Assembly (NCBI GenBank): GCA_964016885.1
Contig: OZ024745.1
Coordinates: 59,148,001 to 59,212,000, forward strand
From: Eledone cirrhosa
Lineage: Eukaryota
Reading direction: 5' to 3'
Length of the DNA stretch: 64,000 nucleotides
Of the stretch, positions 51,122 to 62,770 are shown piece by piece (within the stretch, counting starts at the first letter, position 1; each line of letters opens with the position of its first letter). A program made the position numbers and the translations under genes. The notes under the pieces were generated by a model. It had not been told where the DNA came from and made no database searches. It saw nothing but the letters and a program-made list of their open reading frames with translations.

Positions 51122-52370
51122 CTAGTAGAATGGCCCGACGTTGCTCGGGCTTCTAAATATAGATTGCCATGTTTATACCACCTTTCTGAAACAGTTCAGA
51201 GAAGTACGGAATACCTCGGCCTGGGGATGGTGTCTACATTTTGCGCTTAGACAAATAATTTTCCATTAAGATTTTTCAAAAGCATGTAATTGCTTTCCCT
51301 CTCTTTTTTGTTGTTGTTTTTGCTGCTGTTGGTGTGATAGCAGCCGTTGGTCGTACACAGTCTCGTCCTTCTTCAGCCAATCGTGTATATCCCTTTCTGC
51401 CTCGTCTACCTTAACAATGATTGTAGCACCTCCTTGTACACAATGTTCCTTGTTCTTCCGTGTCGGGCATATGCAAAGAGATTTGTCTTGCTTCCCACTC
51501 TTGAGCAGCCAACGTATAGTTGCCCGTGACGAATTTATTCCTAGTTGGTAATTGGTAAAGAAATTTAAAATGTTTCCGCTTAACGTCAGCGTACGCGATT
51601 TTATCATAGGTGTGGGGATATTTTGGCGGGGGTTTTCTAAAAAGATCCACTATTTCTATCTATGTACGTAATGGGGCATATGGCTTGGTACTAACACCAA
51701 TAATAATGTGCAACGGGGGTAAGTGATTATGTCTCAGGAAGTATTGCAGAAAAATATTAAAGCAACTGGGGTAAGTGGGAATGTCTCAGGATTGTTAGCC
51801 AAAAAATTAGTAAATGACACTTACTGATTGAAAAATAAGTCGACCGTCGGAAAGGTATTCTCAAGTGTAATTGTTAACCTGGGCTGGCTTGCCACGCTTA
51901 TATTATATATTAAAATAACAGATTAAAGTTTAAGCAAAGAATCGCTGCTTTCACACTTAACGGGATCTTCTGAAACTAAAAAAAAATCAATCTGTGAACG
52001 CAGAAGTAAATATTTCGAAAAACGTTGCAACCGAAGGAAAACAGGAAGACGATACTTTGGTTCGTGAAGACGTCCCCTGGCAATGAATGGAACAGCAATG
52101 AGAACAATGTTTGTCATAATGTCGTAATGCAGACAGCCAGACATACAGACAGATATTATAAGGGCGAGATGGAGATCGATAACCGGCGCCTAACACCCCT
52201 TTAACAACAGAAAATTAAAAAATAAAAGCTGCAGTTAATAACTTTAGACCGCAGGAATATATAAATGCAAGTTTGAAGTCAATCGGAGTAGAAATGTGGA
52301 TTTTGTATAGACTTTGCAAAAATTAGGACACACACACAGACAATTTCAGTTTTATATATATATGTATAGA
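51122..52370 (-). mobile_element. Non-autonomous Helitron with both termini intact (about 1.25 kb)
   Basis: Minus strand begins A|TCTATACATATATATATAAAACTG and ends GCCCGA-GCAACG-TCGGGC-CATTCTACTAG|T, i.e. 5' TC, 3' hairpin, CTAG and an AT target. Confidence 0.85.
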
Positions 52371-52458
52371 TATGTATGTACAAAAACAATCATATACTTA
52401 AGATTAATATATAATACGATATACAATACACACACGCTGTATATATGTATGTGTGTGG

Positions 52459-52542
<84 letters not shown>

Positions 52543-53345
52543 ACACACACAACACACACACACACACATATGTACCCATAATTCCTAGATAAGACGTAGG
52601 GACACTATATTGACATATAGGGTTTCTTGGACATTTTAAACCTGGCGGAGCTCATCCCTCTCCAGGTCAAGATATCACTGATTTCTTGCAGAGAGAGAAA
52701 GAGAGGGGGGGGGGGAGAATTGATCCCAGTTCTGGGCTGGAACTTTTTTTTTTCGACCTCTAAAGGATGAATGGCGAAGTTAACTTGGATGGGATTTGAA
52801 CTCAGAGCATAAAGAGCCAAAACGAATACCGCAAAGCATTCTATCCAATGTTGGAACGATCTTGCTAATTCGCCGCCTACAGTGGAGGAGAATAAGATTT
52901 AAACAAATCGAATAACATTGTTTTTATTCAAAGATTTGTATTCATACAAAAGGCCACTATATTTGTTGAGACTGGTGCAATAGTGAAGTAGATTTATTTC
53001 CAAACATAATCAATACTTTTTACTACATATATATCGATTGCTGATATAGGTACAAAACTTCAAATTTAAGATAAACTGCATAGTAGATTAAATCGACCTG
53101 ATTGGAACTTTATTTTATCGACCTTGGTAGAATTTGAACTCAGAACGTAAAAGTCAGTAACTAAGCACTGCTAGATATCTTATCTACTGTTCTACCGATT
53201 CTACCATTTTATATCAAGATTATCAAAACAATATACATTTTAACTATGAACTTAAAGAGTCATGACTGGTACAAAAAGAAGTGTTATCGAACTTCTAGTG
53301 AGTCAGCTGTATCAACCTCCATATTATAGAAATCATTACCAATGC

Positions 53346-53640
53346 CAGACCTGCCAACCTCTAAAACCTCAAACGGAGAGTAAAAAACGGAGATGAAAAA
53401 AACGTGCCCCCAAACGGGGAGAAATGAGGCAAAATGGGGAGATTTTACATAATTGTTTCTACTTTTGGCACTTATCCAGTGTATTACTGGTACTTTATTT
53501 TATCGACCACGTAAGGATGAAAGGCAAAGTTAACCACGGCGGGATAAGCTAGACATATTTTCACAAGAGAATACATCTCTCACCCACCCCCAAAGTGGGT
53601 GAGAGATCTCCCTGTCGGACGGAGAGAGTTGATAGGTCTG
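53346..53640. mobile_element. MITE with a nested SINE fragment
   Basis: CAGACCTGCCAAC / GTTGATAGGTCTG termini; SINE inserted at about 53449-53545. Confidence 0.7.
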
Positions 53641-53858
53641 GTAATACTGATTTCTAATTTAGATACAAGGCCAGTTAATTTGGAGGAAGAGCAAAGTTGT
53701 TTGAACTAACCCCAGTATTCGACTAGTACTGTATTGTATTTTGTCGACCCTTGACTGATGAAAGGCAAAGTTGACCGTGGCAGCATTTGAACTCAGGGTG
53801 TATAGCGTCAGAACAAATACTACAATGACATTTTATCCGACCCTCTACTAATTCTGCT

Positions 53859-54076
53859 AATTCATCACCCTATTAAGCTACGAATTCATCACCCTATTAA
53901 GCTACTAATTCATCACCCTATTAAGCTACGAATTCATCACCCTATTAAGCTACTAATTCATCACCCTATTAAGCTACGAATTCATCACCCTATTAAGCTA
54001 CTAATTCATCACCCTATTAAGCTACTAATTCATCAGCCTATTAAGCTACTAATTCATCACCCTATTAAGCTACTAA
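53859..54076. repeat. 24-bp minisatellite (about 9 copies) at a SINE 5' end
   Basis: Unit AATTCATCACCCTATTAAGCTAC(T/G). Confidence 0.92.
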
Positions 54077-54175
54077 TACTTAAAATATAATTTATAACTT
54101 TTGAAACTTAAGAAAGTCATAATATTTATGTATTTTTGTCTGCCACACGAAATTTATTTTATCAACCCCGTAAGA

Positions 54176-54515
54176 AATAATTGTTTCAACTTTTAGCACA
54201 AGGCCAGCAATTATCCCAGTGTATTACTGGTACTTTATTTTATCGACCCAGTAAGGCTGAAAGGCAAAGTTAACCTCGGCGGGATTTGAACTCAGACCAT
54301 AAAGGGTCGTAATTCTTTGCTGTAAGAAATAATTGTTTCTACTTTTGGCACAAGGCCATCAATTATCCCAGTACATTACTGGTACTTTATTTTATCGACC
54401 TCGTAAGGATGAAAGGCAAAGTTGACCTCAGCGAGATTTGAATTCAGATCATAAAGGGCCGTAACTCTATACTGCAAAGCATGGCGTCCGACCCTCTACC
54501 GATACTTCAATCCCC
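54176..54515 (-). mobile_element. Two nested or tandem SINE copies
   Basis: GTAAGAAATAATTG duplicated at about 54169 and 54322; B boxes and tails present. Confidence 0.85.
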
Positions 54516-55243
54516 CTAATGCGTTGGAAATTGAAGTGAAAAAGAAATCTACAGCGGAAATTATCACAGGGGTAAATTTGTGAATATGAAACGCAAGCCA
54601 GAAACCTACGGGTATTTAATCCAGCTTCGCCCTTTGTTAGTTCTTCCCACTCTGAGACAGTTGATAGCCGATGTCTGGCTGAAACAGTCGCTTATTATTA
54701 AGGCACTGCTACAGTCAGGCCATGCTACTCAGGTTAGTAAATCTGTCAGACATCAAGACAATATTTTTTCTTAAGCCGCATCCACCCGCACACACAACCT
54801 TGTGTATTTTGTATGAACATTTTGGAACATCACCCATCGACATGGTTATGATTCGAAGCAATCATATGTATTTATTGAAGTGATAAAATGTTCACAACGT
54901 AAATTATGTGTCTTTCCTTTCTTCAACGCCTCATACCTTCCATACCAATACACAAACAATCAATTTCGCTTAATATATAAAAAGACCGAAATTTATTTGG
55001 TCATATGTTAAGACTGAATAAACATTGCACATCGTAGCGGCAATGGGTACGAAGAAGTATTTACATTATACACTAAATTGTTGAACAATGAACAGTTGGT
55101 AATTTATTGTCACAAATATACTGAGCATACCTTCTTTAATATAGAAGTTACCGACATTTCCATGGAAAGCTTTAAAAAAAAATGTCAGCTTTCAATATAT
55201 CTATGTACACGTGCTGTAGTGTGTCTTTATAATCAGTGGATAT

Positions 55244-55560
55244 GGACGTAGGCATAGCGGTGTGGTTAAGTAGTTCAATTCCCAATCATAAGGTCCCGGG
55301 CTTTACCCCACAGCGTGGCATCTTGAGCAAGTGTCATTACCATAGCCTTCAGTCGAACCAAGCCCAGTAAGTAAAATTGGGTAGACGGACACTGTGGAAG
55401 CCCGTCGGATGAAGTGCATCTATAAATCAACAGTCTAGCCTTGTCACATATTAGGGGTCCATGGAATATTCAACTACTTATACGTTACTTCACAAGTTGA
55501 ACTTCAGTTGATGGAATAACTGAATCTTTATCGTCGAAACCGACGGAGGAGCCACCATAG
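55244..55560 (+). mobile_element. Second tRNA-derived SINE family (resembles octopus OR/OK-type)
   Basis: A box TAGCGGTGTGG, decayed B box, CTTGAGCAAGTGTC core, GGTAGACGGACACTGTGGAAGCCCGTCG; family name from recall only. A related copy lies at about 56320-56610. Confidence 0.65.
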
Positions 55561-56605
55561 TAATCAGTGGATTACATCACATGTACGATGTATAACATCT
55601 TTTACATTATATCTCTCTTACTTTTCTTTCTGTAATTAACTACAAACTTGATGTCCTTTCTCGGAACACGCATACTCTTGTGTAGATGATTGCATCCTTC
55701 AGCCATCGTTACCTTCCACATATGGGAATCGTCAACATGCAAATTAGATACTTCACAACAAATTTGTACTAATTCTATGAAAAGCAAAAGGCCCTTAACT
55801 CTTGATGGAGTCGTAGGGGCGCCGCCCTGATACACAGCGTGTCTAGAGCATTTTAAACATGGTGCCATCCCTCTCCAGGAATTCTATGGAAAGAAATCTC
55901 GAAAATATCGTTCATCGGAGATATGACAATATAGAATCTTTCAAACGGCATAAAAGATCAATCACTCTCTCTTGCCAAGAACAACGCACAATTAGTCTCT
56001 TTTAAGCCGTTATAATTTCTGATGATCTTTCATACCGACCTCACATGTCACCAAAATGGCACCGCAAAGGCTCGGTTTCCTCTTTAGAATTAGAATACTC
56101 TTCAGCCATCATTAGTTGTTGACTCTTTACAAAGCTTAATTGTGACCCATATTTGGAGTAATACTGACATATCTGGAACGGATGTATTGTTATACACACA
56201 AACACCACAGATCACTTCCTCTAGCTGATTAATCACAGAAATCATCTCACCCACTCACCACAAACACTAGCCTGCAAATACGCTGTTTCCTCTCTCTGAT
56301 TTTCCTACCACTATTTTTACAGGTTTAGCGGTTACGTTGTTCGGCTCACGCCCATAAGGTTATGAGTTTACATTCCTGTCGGTGAAGTTCATCCTTGAGC
56401 AAAACACTTTATTTCACGTTATTTCAGTCCACTCAGTTAACAAAAATGAGTTGTACCTGTAGTCCAAAGGATCAGACTTCTCACACACTATTTCATACTG
56501 AGAACTACGTTAAGGATTCATGTGCTTGTTGAATGTTTAGCTATTTGCACGTTAATTTCACGAGCAAGCTTGGGGTCAACTTTGTCTTTCCTCCTTTCGG
56601 GGGTC

Positions 56606-56660
<55 letters not shown>

Positions 56661-56811
56661 ATAATAATAAATTCGAAGACTAAAATCCAAAGAGGGCTCG
56701 ATAAGGATAAATATATATCAAATATATAAGAACCGTAGAGCATGAGTTTCAGAAGATCCCGTTAAGGGTGAAAGCAGCGATTCTTTGCTTAAACTTTAAT
56801 CTGTTATTTTA

Positions 56812-56840
<29 letters not shown>

Positions 56841-56842
<2 letters not shown>

Positions 56843-56950
56843 GAAGAGTTTCTACAGGACTAGAACTGTTTCATTCGTGAAAAATCATCAGGAAGCTTCC
56901 TGATGATTTCTCACGAATGAAACAGTTATAGTCCTGTAGAAGCTCTTCTA
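56841..56950. repeat. 110-bp near-perfect palindrome with hammerhead core motifs on both strands
   Basis: Centre AAGCTT (56893-56898); CTGATGA-TTTCTCACGAAT-GAAAC at 56900-56923 and its mirror image. Confidence 0.85.
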
Positions 56951-57488
56951 TATTAAAACTTTTATACTCTGCTATGTATTGAGTACCTTACTTACTGTGG
57001 TTACCTCCGATTCAACCCGTAATAACTGATTAAGGATTCGGTCTGGTTTTTTGCGAAACACGTTACACATGATTACGAATAAAATATGTGATATAAACAC
57101 ACTGTATATTACGCCAATAACAAACAGCTGTTGGTATTTTCCCACACTTTCTAATACTGAATATCCAATTCACGTAAAAGCATTGAGTGCTGAAACAGAT
57201 ACCATCTGTAGTAATTAGTATAACTTACCAGCTGGCTGCACACACATACACGCACGCATACACGCGCGCACACACACGCGCGCGCGCGCACGCATACATA
57301 TATTTGAATTTTTTTTCCTTTTCTCTTTTTTATTTTTATTTTAGTTTTTAGTTTTTTTCCTTTTTTTTCTTTTTTATTACTTGTCTCTCTAGCTCTTTTT
57401 TGATTACCAACTGTAAAGAGTACTCGATACTTCCCCGAGTCTGTCATGGCTTGCTACCTTTATACGGACGTTTAAATTGAATAAATAA

Positions 57489-57578
<90 letters not shown>

Positions 57579-57677
57579 CAGCCAGTCTGCTAATATGCAA
57601 ATCAGGCCGATCAGTTACTGTATATTTCAGAAAATATATATTTTCACTAGCTCTGACAGTTGGCAAGTAAGCAGTAA

Positions 57678-57724
57678 ACTGCACTGATGAAGGGTAATCA
57701 CCCAGAAACATTAGTGTATGTAAT
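57678..57724 (+). ncRNA. Type I hammerhead ribozyme-like motif
   Basis: Stem I TGCA/TGTA, CTGATGA, stem II GGGT-AATC-ACCC (flanked by an extra A on each side), GAAA, stem III CA-TTAG-TG, predicted cleavage after GTA (57716-57718). Confidence 0.6.
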
Positions 57725-58224
57725 TCTGTTTACATGCCAACACAAGAGCGAGAATGAAGGGCTCATTCTACTGACATGGCTTATAAAAGAGACTGTTTGC
57801 ATAATTGCAAACGAATCGAATATTATTATTAATATTCGAAAAACTCAGATTACATTTATTATATACATATACTATTCATATAATTTTTTAATCCGTCATA
57901 TCCCATCCACTGTTATTCTTAACCTTCCTTTCTCTTCATTTTGATCACTCTCCTCGCCACCTGTTGCCCTTCTTTTCTTGAATCAATGTAAAATCTCAAC
58001 ACCCCCAACTTCCCACACTCTTTTTTTCATTTGTTGAATTCCTCTACTTGATAATCATACTTTTTTTTTTTGCCCCAGCCACACTTCTTTTATAAGAAAC
58101 CATTTTCTCTTAAAACTATCTATTTAACATCATTCTATAACCTTTTCATTTCGCCCTCCCATTGATTTCTGCACCTTGCATAACCTCGCTCCTCAACACA
58201 CCATCAATTTATTTTTTCTTTCTT

Positions 58225-58275
<51 letters not shown>

Positions 58276-58427
58276 ATCTTTCTTTCTTTCTTTCTTTTTT
58301 CTCTTTCTTTCTTTTCTCTTTCATAGTGCTCGAAATTATCGGCTTCTCACTCATAATTCTATCTATCTATTTATCTATCTATTTATCTATCTATCTATCT
58401 ACCTATAAATAAAGAAATATATCTACC

Positions 58428-58458
<31 letters not shown>

Positions 58459-58527
58459 CTGGTGGTAGCTAAGATGCTCCCATAGGCGGTATGCCGGTTG
58501 AGCACTCTTACAGAGCAGAGTATGATA

Positions 58528-58761
58528 GAATAGAAAACGAAAAATCAGTGATGCATCTGAACTCAATTTATTGTGTGTTACAATTGTTTCGCCGGCGGAC
58601 ATATCGAATACGCTCCGAAATCATTGGACGTGTCCATCGAACCTGCGGGTCGAGAATCAGACAGATCCACACAATGATCGCGTCTCGAGCTGTCCGCCGG
58701 CGAAACAATTGTAACACAATAAATTGAGTTCAGATGCATCACTAATTTTTTGTTTTCTATT

Positions 58762-58762
<1 letters not shown>
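58528..58762. mobile_element. Foldback/MITE-like element with inverted arms of about 73 bp
   Basis: 58528-58601 is complementary to 58691-58762 with few differences. Confidence 0.8.
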
Positions 58763-58860
<98 letters not shown>

Positions 58861-59101
58861 ATATATTAACAAATGGAAACTATATTTATAAAACCATATT
58901 TATTTCATTATACATATTTCAAGGGCCACCAGAGCAAACTATGGTGCGCTTTCATCAGATAAAATATAATATAGGTTAGTTTTATAAATAAATATTGACA
59001 TACCCTTAAAAAATTTACTCCAATAATTTGTTGAGTGCTTTATATCAGTTATAAAAATATTTTGCTTGTTGTATCCCAACAAATTAAATATAACCTCTCT
59101 C

Positions 59102-59246
<145 letters not shown>

Positions 59247-59500
59247 TAAATAAAACTTAGACCGCTAATGGTATGGATGAAACATTGTTAGCAAATAAAA
59301 ATTGTATGAGTATGTAGGCGTTCTTTGATTTCTTTTACATATATATATATATATGTATATATATTTATCTATCTATATATCTATCTAACTATCTACCTAC
59401 CTACCTACCTACCTACCTACCTACCTACCTACCTACCCATCTATCTATCTGTCTGTCTATCTGTCTGTCTCTCTCTCTGTCCTATGTCTGTCAAATCCGT

Positions 59501-59533
<33 letters not shown>

Positions 59534-59599
59534 CCTATAGATTAATACAACCAGAAAGAGTGTGATATTAAGTCATAAAATGGAAATTACCTAAAAGGA

Positions 59600-60130
59600 G
59601 TTAAGTATTTTAGATATGTTGGTTCGTGGATCAACACCTCAGAAAATGACATCAGCAATAGAATTAACTTAGCCTGCACGTTTTCAAACAAAATGGATGT
59701 CATTTAGAAATCAAACCTCAGCATCAAACTAAAGGTCAAGTTATTTCTATGAACAGTTGAAAGTGTGCTTGTGTATGGAGTGGAGTGCTGGACCCTCACC
59801 AAAGAGATGGACAAATAGTTAGATGATACATGTACAAGACAACTGAGGAAAGTAAAAAATCTATCTTGGAGGGAGCACAGAACAAATGAGACCGATTGCA
59901 GACATCATAAAGGCTAGAAGACTCGGTCACATAGATAGATAACGTATGGTGAAGAGATAAGTTAGAGACATAACACCAATTACTGCTAAAGGACCCCACA
60001 CATGGTAGAAAAACAAAAGGTCGGTGTCATGCTACGTTTCTGGAGCAAGTTTGTAAAAACTTGAATCTTGGAAAGAATGAACTCATGGAAGCCATGCTGG
60101 ATAGGGGGCAAGAAGAGAAGTATAATTATC
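59600..60130 (+). mobile_element. Degenerate RTE 3' fragment with (GAT/GAC)n tail to about 60307
   Basis: FRYVGSWI...DI..RI.LA, VESVLVYGVECWTL. Confidence 0.7.
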
Positions 60131-60310
60131 AACGTTGTTCGAGAAAACTCGACATGATGATGATGATGATGATGATGACGATGATGACGATGACGATGAT
60201 GATGACGATGACGATGACGATGACTATGACGATGATGACGATGATGATGACGATGACGATGACGATACGATGACAACGACAACGACGACGATGATGATGA
60301 TGATGATATA

Positions 60311-61207
60311 CAGGGTGTTCGGGATAAATTTGACAGTTTCATCAGGAAAAAGAAAAAGTGCTTGGTATCTACAAAATTTATTTGGTTTAAAAGAAATTCA
60401 ATGGAGAAGGAAATTACACTATTGTCAAAGAGTTTTACTCAAAATAACCGCCATTAGCGTCTATTATAGCCTCAATCCAGGCCCGGAACCTGGAGCAAGC
60501 TGATTTTACACTTTCCCTGGGAAGGCCCTCAAAAACTACTTTAATTCTGTCGATTAACTGGGCTTGTGTAGTACTGGCATGGCGATTGGTGTCTTTCTCT
60601 ACAGCGCCCCATACATAATAGTCCATCGGGTTAAGATCAGGGGAGTTCGGAGGCCAAACATTGGGACTGGTGTAGTCGTAAAACTTGGCTGACAACCATT
60701 TTTGACTTTTCCCCGAGGTGTGGCAGGGGGCCGAATCCAGCTGCCATACATACGGCCTATTATTGGCTCCCTTGTTATCCAGGGCTTCAATTCATGCGAC
60801 AAAGACCGAATTCCGATGCCAGGGTCCTCCAACACTTTTTTCTGCAGATTTTCGAGGAATTCTGCTGTGCGAGAGCAATCAGATCTTCTGTTATGTTTCT
60901 TTCTTCTAGCCACAGCCTCGTAGTCTCCATTGCAATTCTCCAGTTCATGCCGGATTGTTTTTACAGTGTTCAGGGAGCATTGAGCAGCGACCATAATCTC
61001 CTTATTTTGATGGCCGGCGCGAATCATCATGATACAAGTTATTCTCTTCCATGATTCAGGTGGCTCCCAGTCATCCATTCTCCTTGTCATCACATATATG
61101 AATGAAGGAGGGTTTAAACTTTCAAATAAAGCCTAGTGGGCATGAATGAATTTAAAACATCTGAAAAAACAACCAAATATTATTCTGTCAAATTTATCCC
61201 GAACACC

Positions 61208-61210
<3 letters not shown>
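60311..61210 (-). mobile_element. Tc1/mariner superfamily DD37D (maT) transposon, internally deleted
   Basis: Perfect 26-bp TIR CAGGGTGTTCGGGATAAATTTGACAG with TA on each side; HTH-like N-terminus; QLDSAPCH...WPPNSPDLNPMDY with 37 residues between the last two catalytic Asp. Confidence 0.93.
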
Positions 61211-61253
<43 letters not shown>

Positions 61254-61261
61254 GTGTATAT

Positions 61262-61434
61262 CCTGCCACTACAGGAATTAAAGATTCAAGTACCTTAGCG
61301 GTATGTCGCATATCCAATCTCTTATATATTTTATCTGATGAAAACGTACTGAAACACCATTGTACCTTTGAAATATGTATAATAAAATATATACTTTGGT
61401 TATGATAATATTCCTCATTAATTAATATTTTGAA

Positions 61435-61440
<6 letters not shown>
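61262..61440 (+). mobile_element. Non-coding repeat in (TA)n with a CTGATGA..GAAAC motif; second copy at about 29686-29860
   Basis: The two loci align (CTGCC...CAGGAATT...TATATTTT.TCTGATGA...GTACCTTTGAAATAT); a related fragment is on the minus strand at about 58935-58980. Confidence 0.55.
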
Positions 61441-61528
<88 letters not shown>

Positions 61529-61726
61529 CTTTTCCTGGGTCCTGTATTTTCGTTGCTCTAGTGATGCGGCTGGACTGCCGACCGCTATATCTGATTTGCT
61601 AAGCTGTCTTAACGTAATGTTATTACTCTGGGGTCTTTCCTCATCTGAGTGCTCAAGCTACAGACCGATTATGTGCATATACGCTAGCTTGGCCGTATTC
61701 TAAGGCTTCGTCAATGCTGTACTAAA

Positions 61727-61766
<40 letters not shown>

Positions 61767-61899
61767 CTGTACATGGAGAGAGAAAGTGGGACGGATTTGG
61801 CTAGTTTCTAATGTTCTTAAACTTTCATCAGAGAAAAAATAGCAATGTGTTTTACGTCGAAAGTAATAGCTTGTGACTGTTTATAGTGTATATAGATAG

Positions 61900-62210
61900 C
61901 GTCGTGTGGTACGACGGGCTGGACACACTAGTTAAGTTACTCGGGATCTGGTTTGGTTAGAACTTCCAGGTGGATAGGAACTGGAACAAGGTAACGACCA
62001 GAGTAGTTTGTCTCGGCCAGAAATGAACAGAAAGGAAGCTACCCCTATACCATCGGGAAAAGGTGGCGAATGCGTACATCGCTTCCGCCATATATTGCAG
62101 ACTGACTGTTGTGTCTTGTCACAGTTCTCGTCTAACCAGATTGGAGCGTGTGTTCTTTCACTACCTGTGGAAGGGACGCTGTTCACTAGTCAGGTGTTCC
62201 ATCTGCTGCT
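61900..62210 (+). mobile_element. Tx1/L1-clade LINE ORF2 fragment
   Basis: Plus frame VKLLGIWFG*...NWNKV...RKL...LTRLERVFFHYLWKG. Confidence 0.7.
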
Positions 62211-62682
62211 AGCACAAGTTCGATTTTTCGTAGCGGCTGCTGTCAATTTTTTTCTCCGTCTATAGGGGTATTTTCCCGATATTCAAAGCATATTATTTGT
62301 AACTATCGATTGTGGTTCACAGTTATTTTCTTTCATTCTCTTTCTTTTTACACTTTCGTATTCTTTAACTCATTCCATCTCATCTTACTTCTTTCTATGT
62401 TCCATCCAATCATTTTTATTTCTTTCACTACTTTTTCCCTCATTCTCTCTCCACCGTTCTCTCTCACTCCCCCCCCGTCCTCTGCCTCTTTCTTCCCCCG
62501 TCTCTGTCTCTTTCTCAAATGCTTATTGGCAACTCTTTTTCTCGCATTTTCACTCATTTGTCTTCTCTCCATTTAATTTCCTCTCTCTTCTTTCTTTCTC
62601 CCCCCCCTACCCACCCTTCTTTCAACAACAACACAACACACTCTCTCTCTCTCTCTCCCATCTCTCTCTTTCTCTCTTTCTT

Positions 62683-62770
<88 letters not shown>

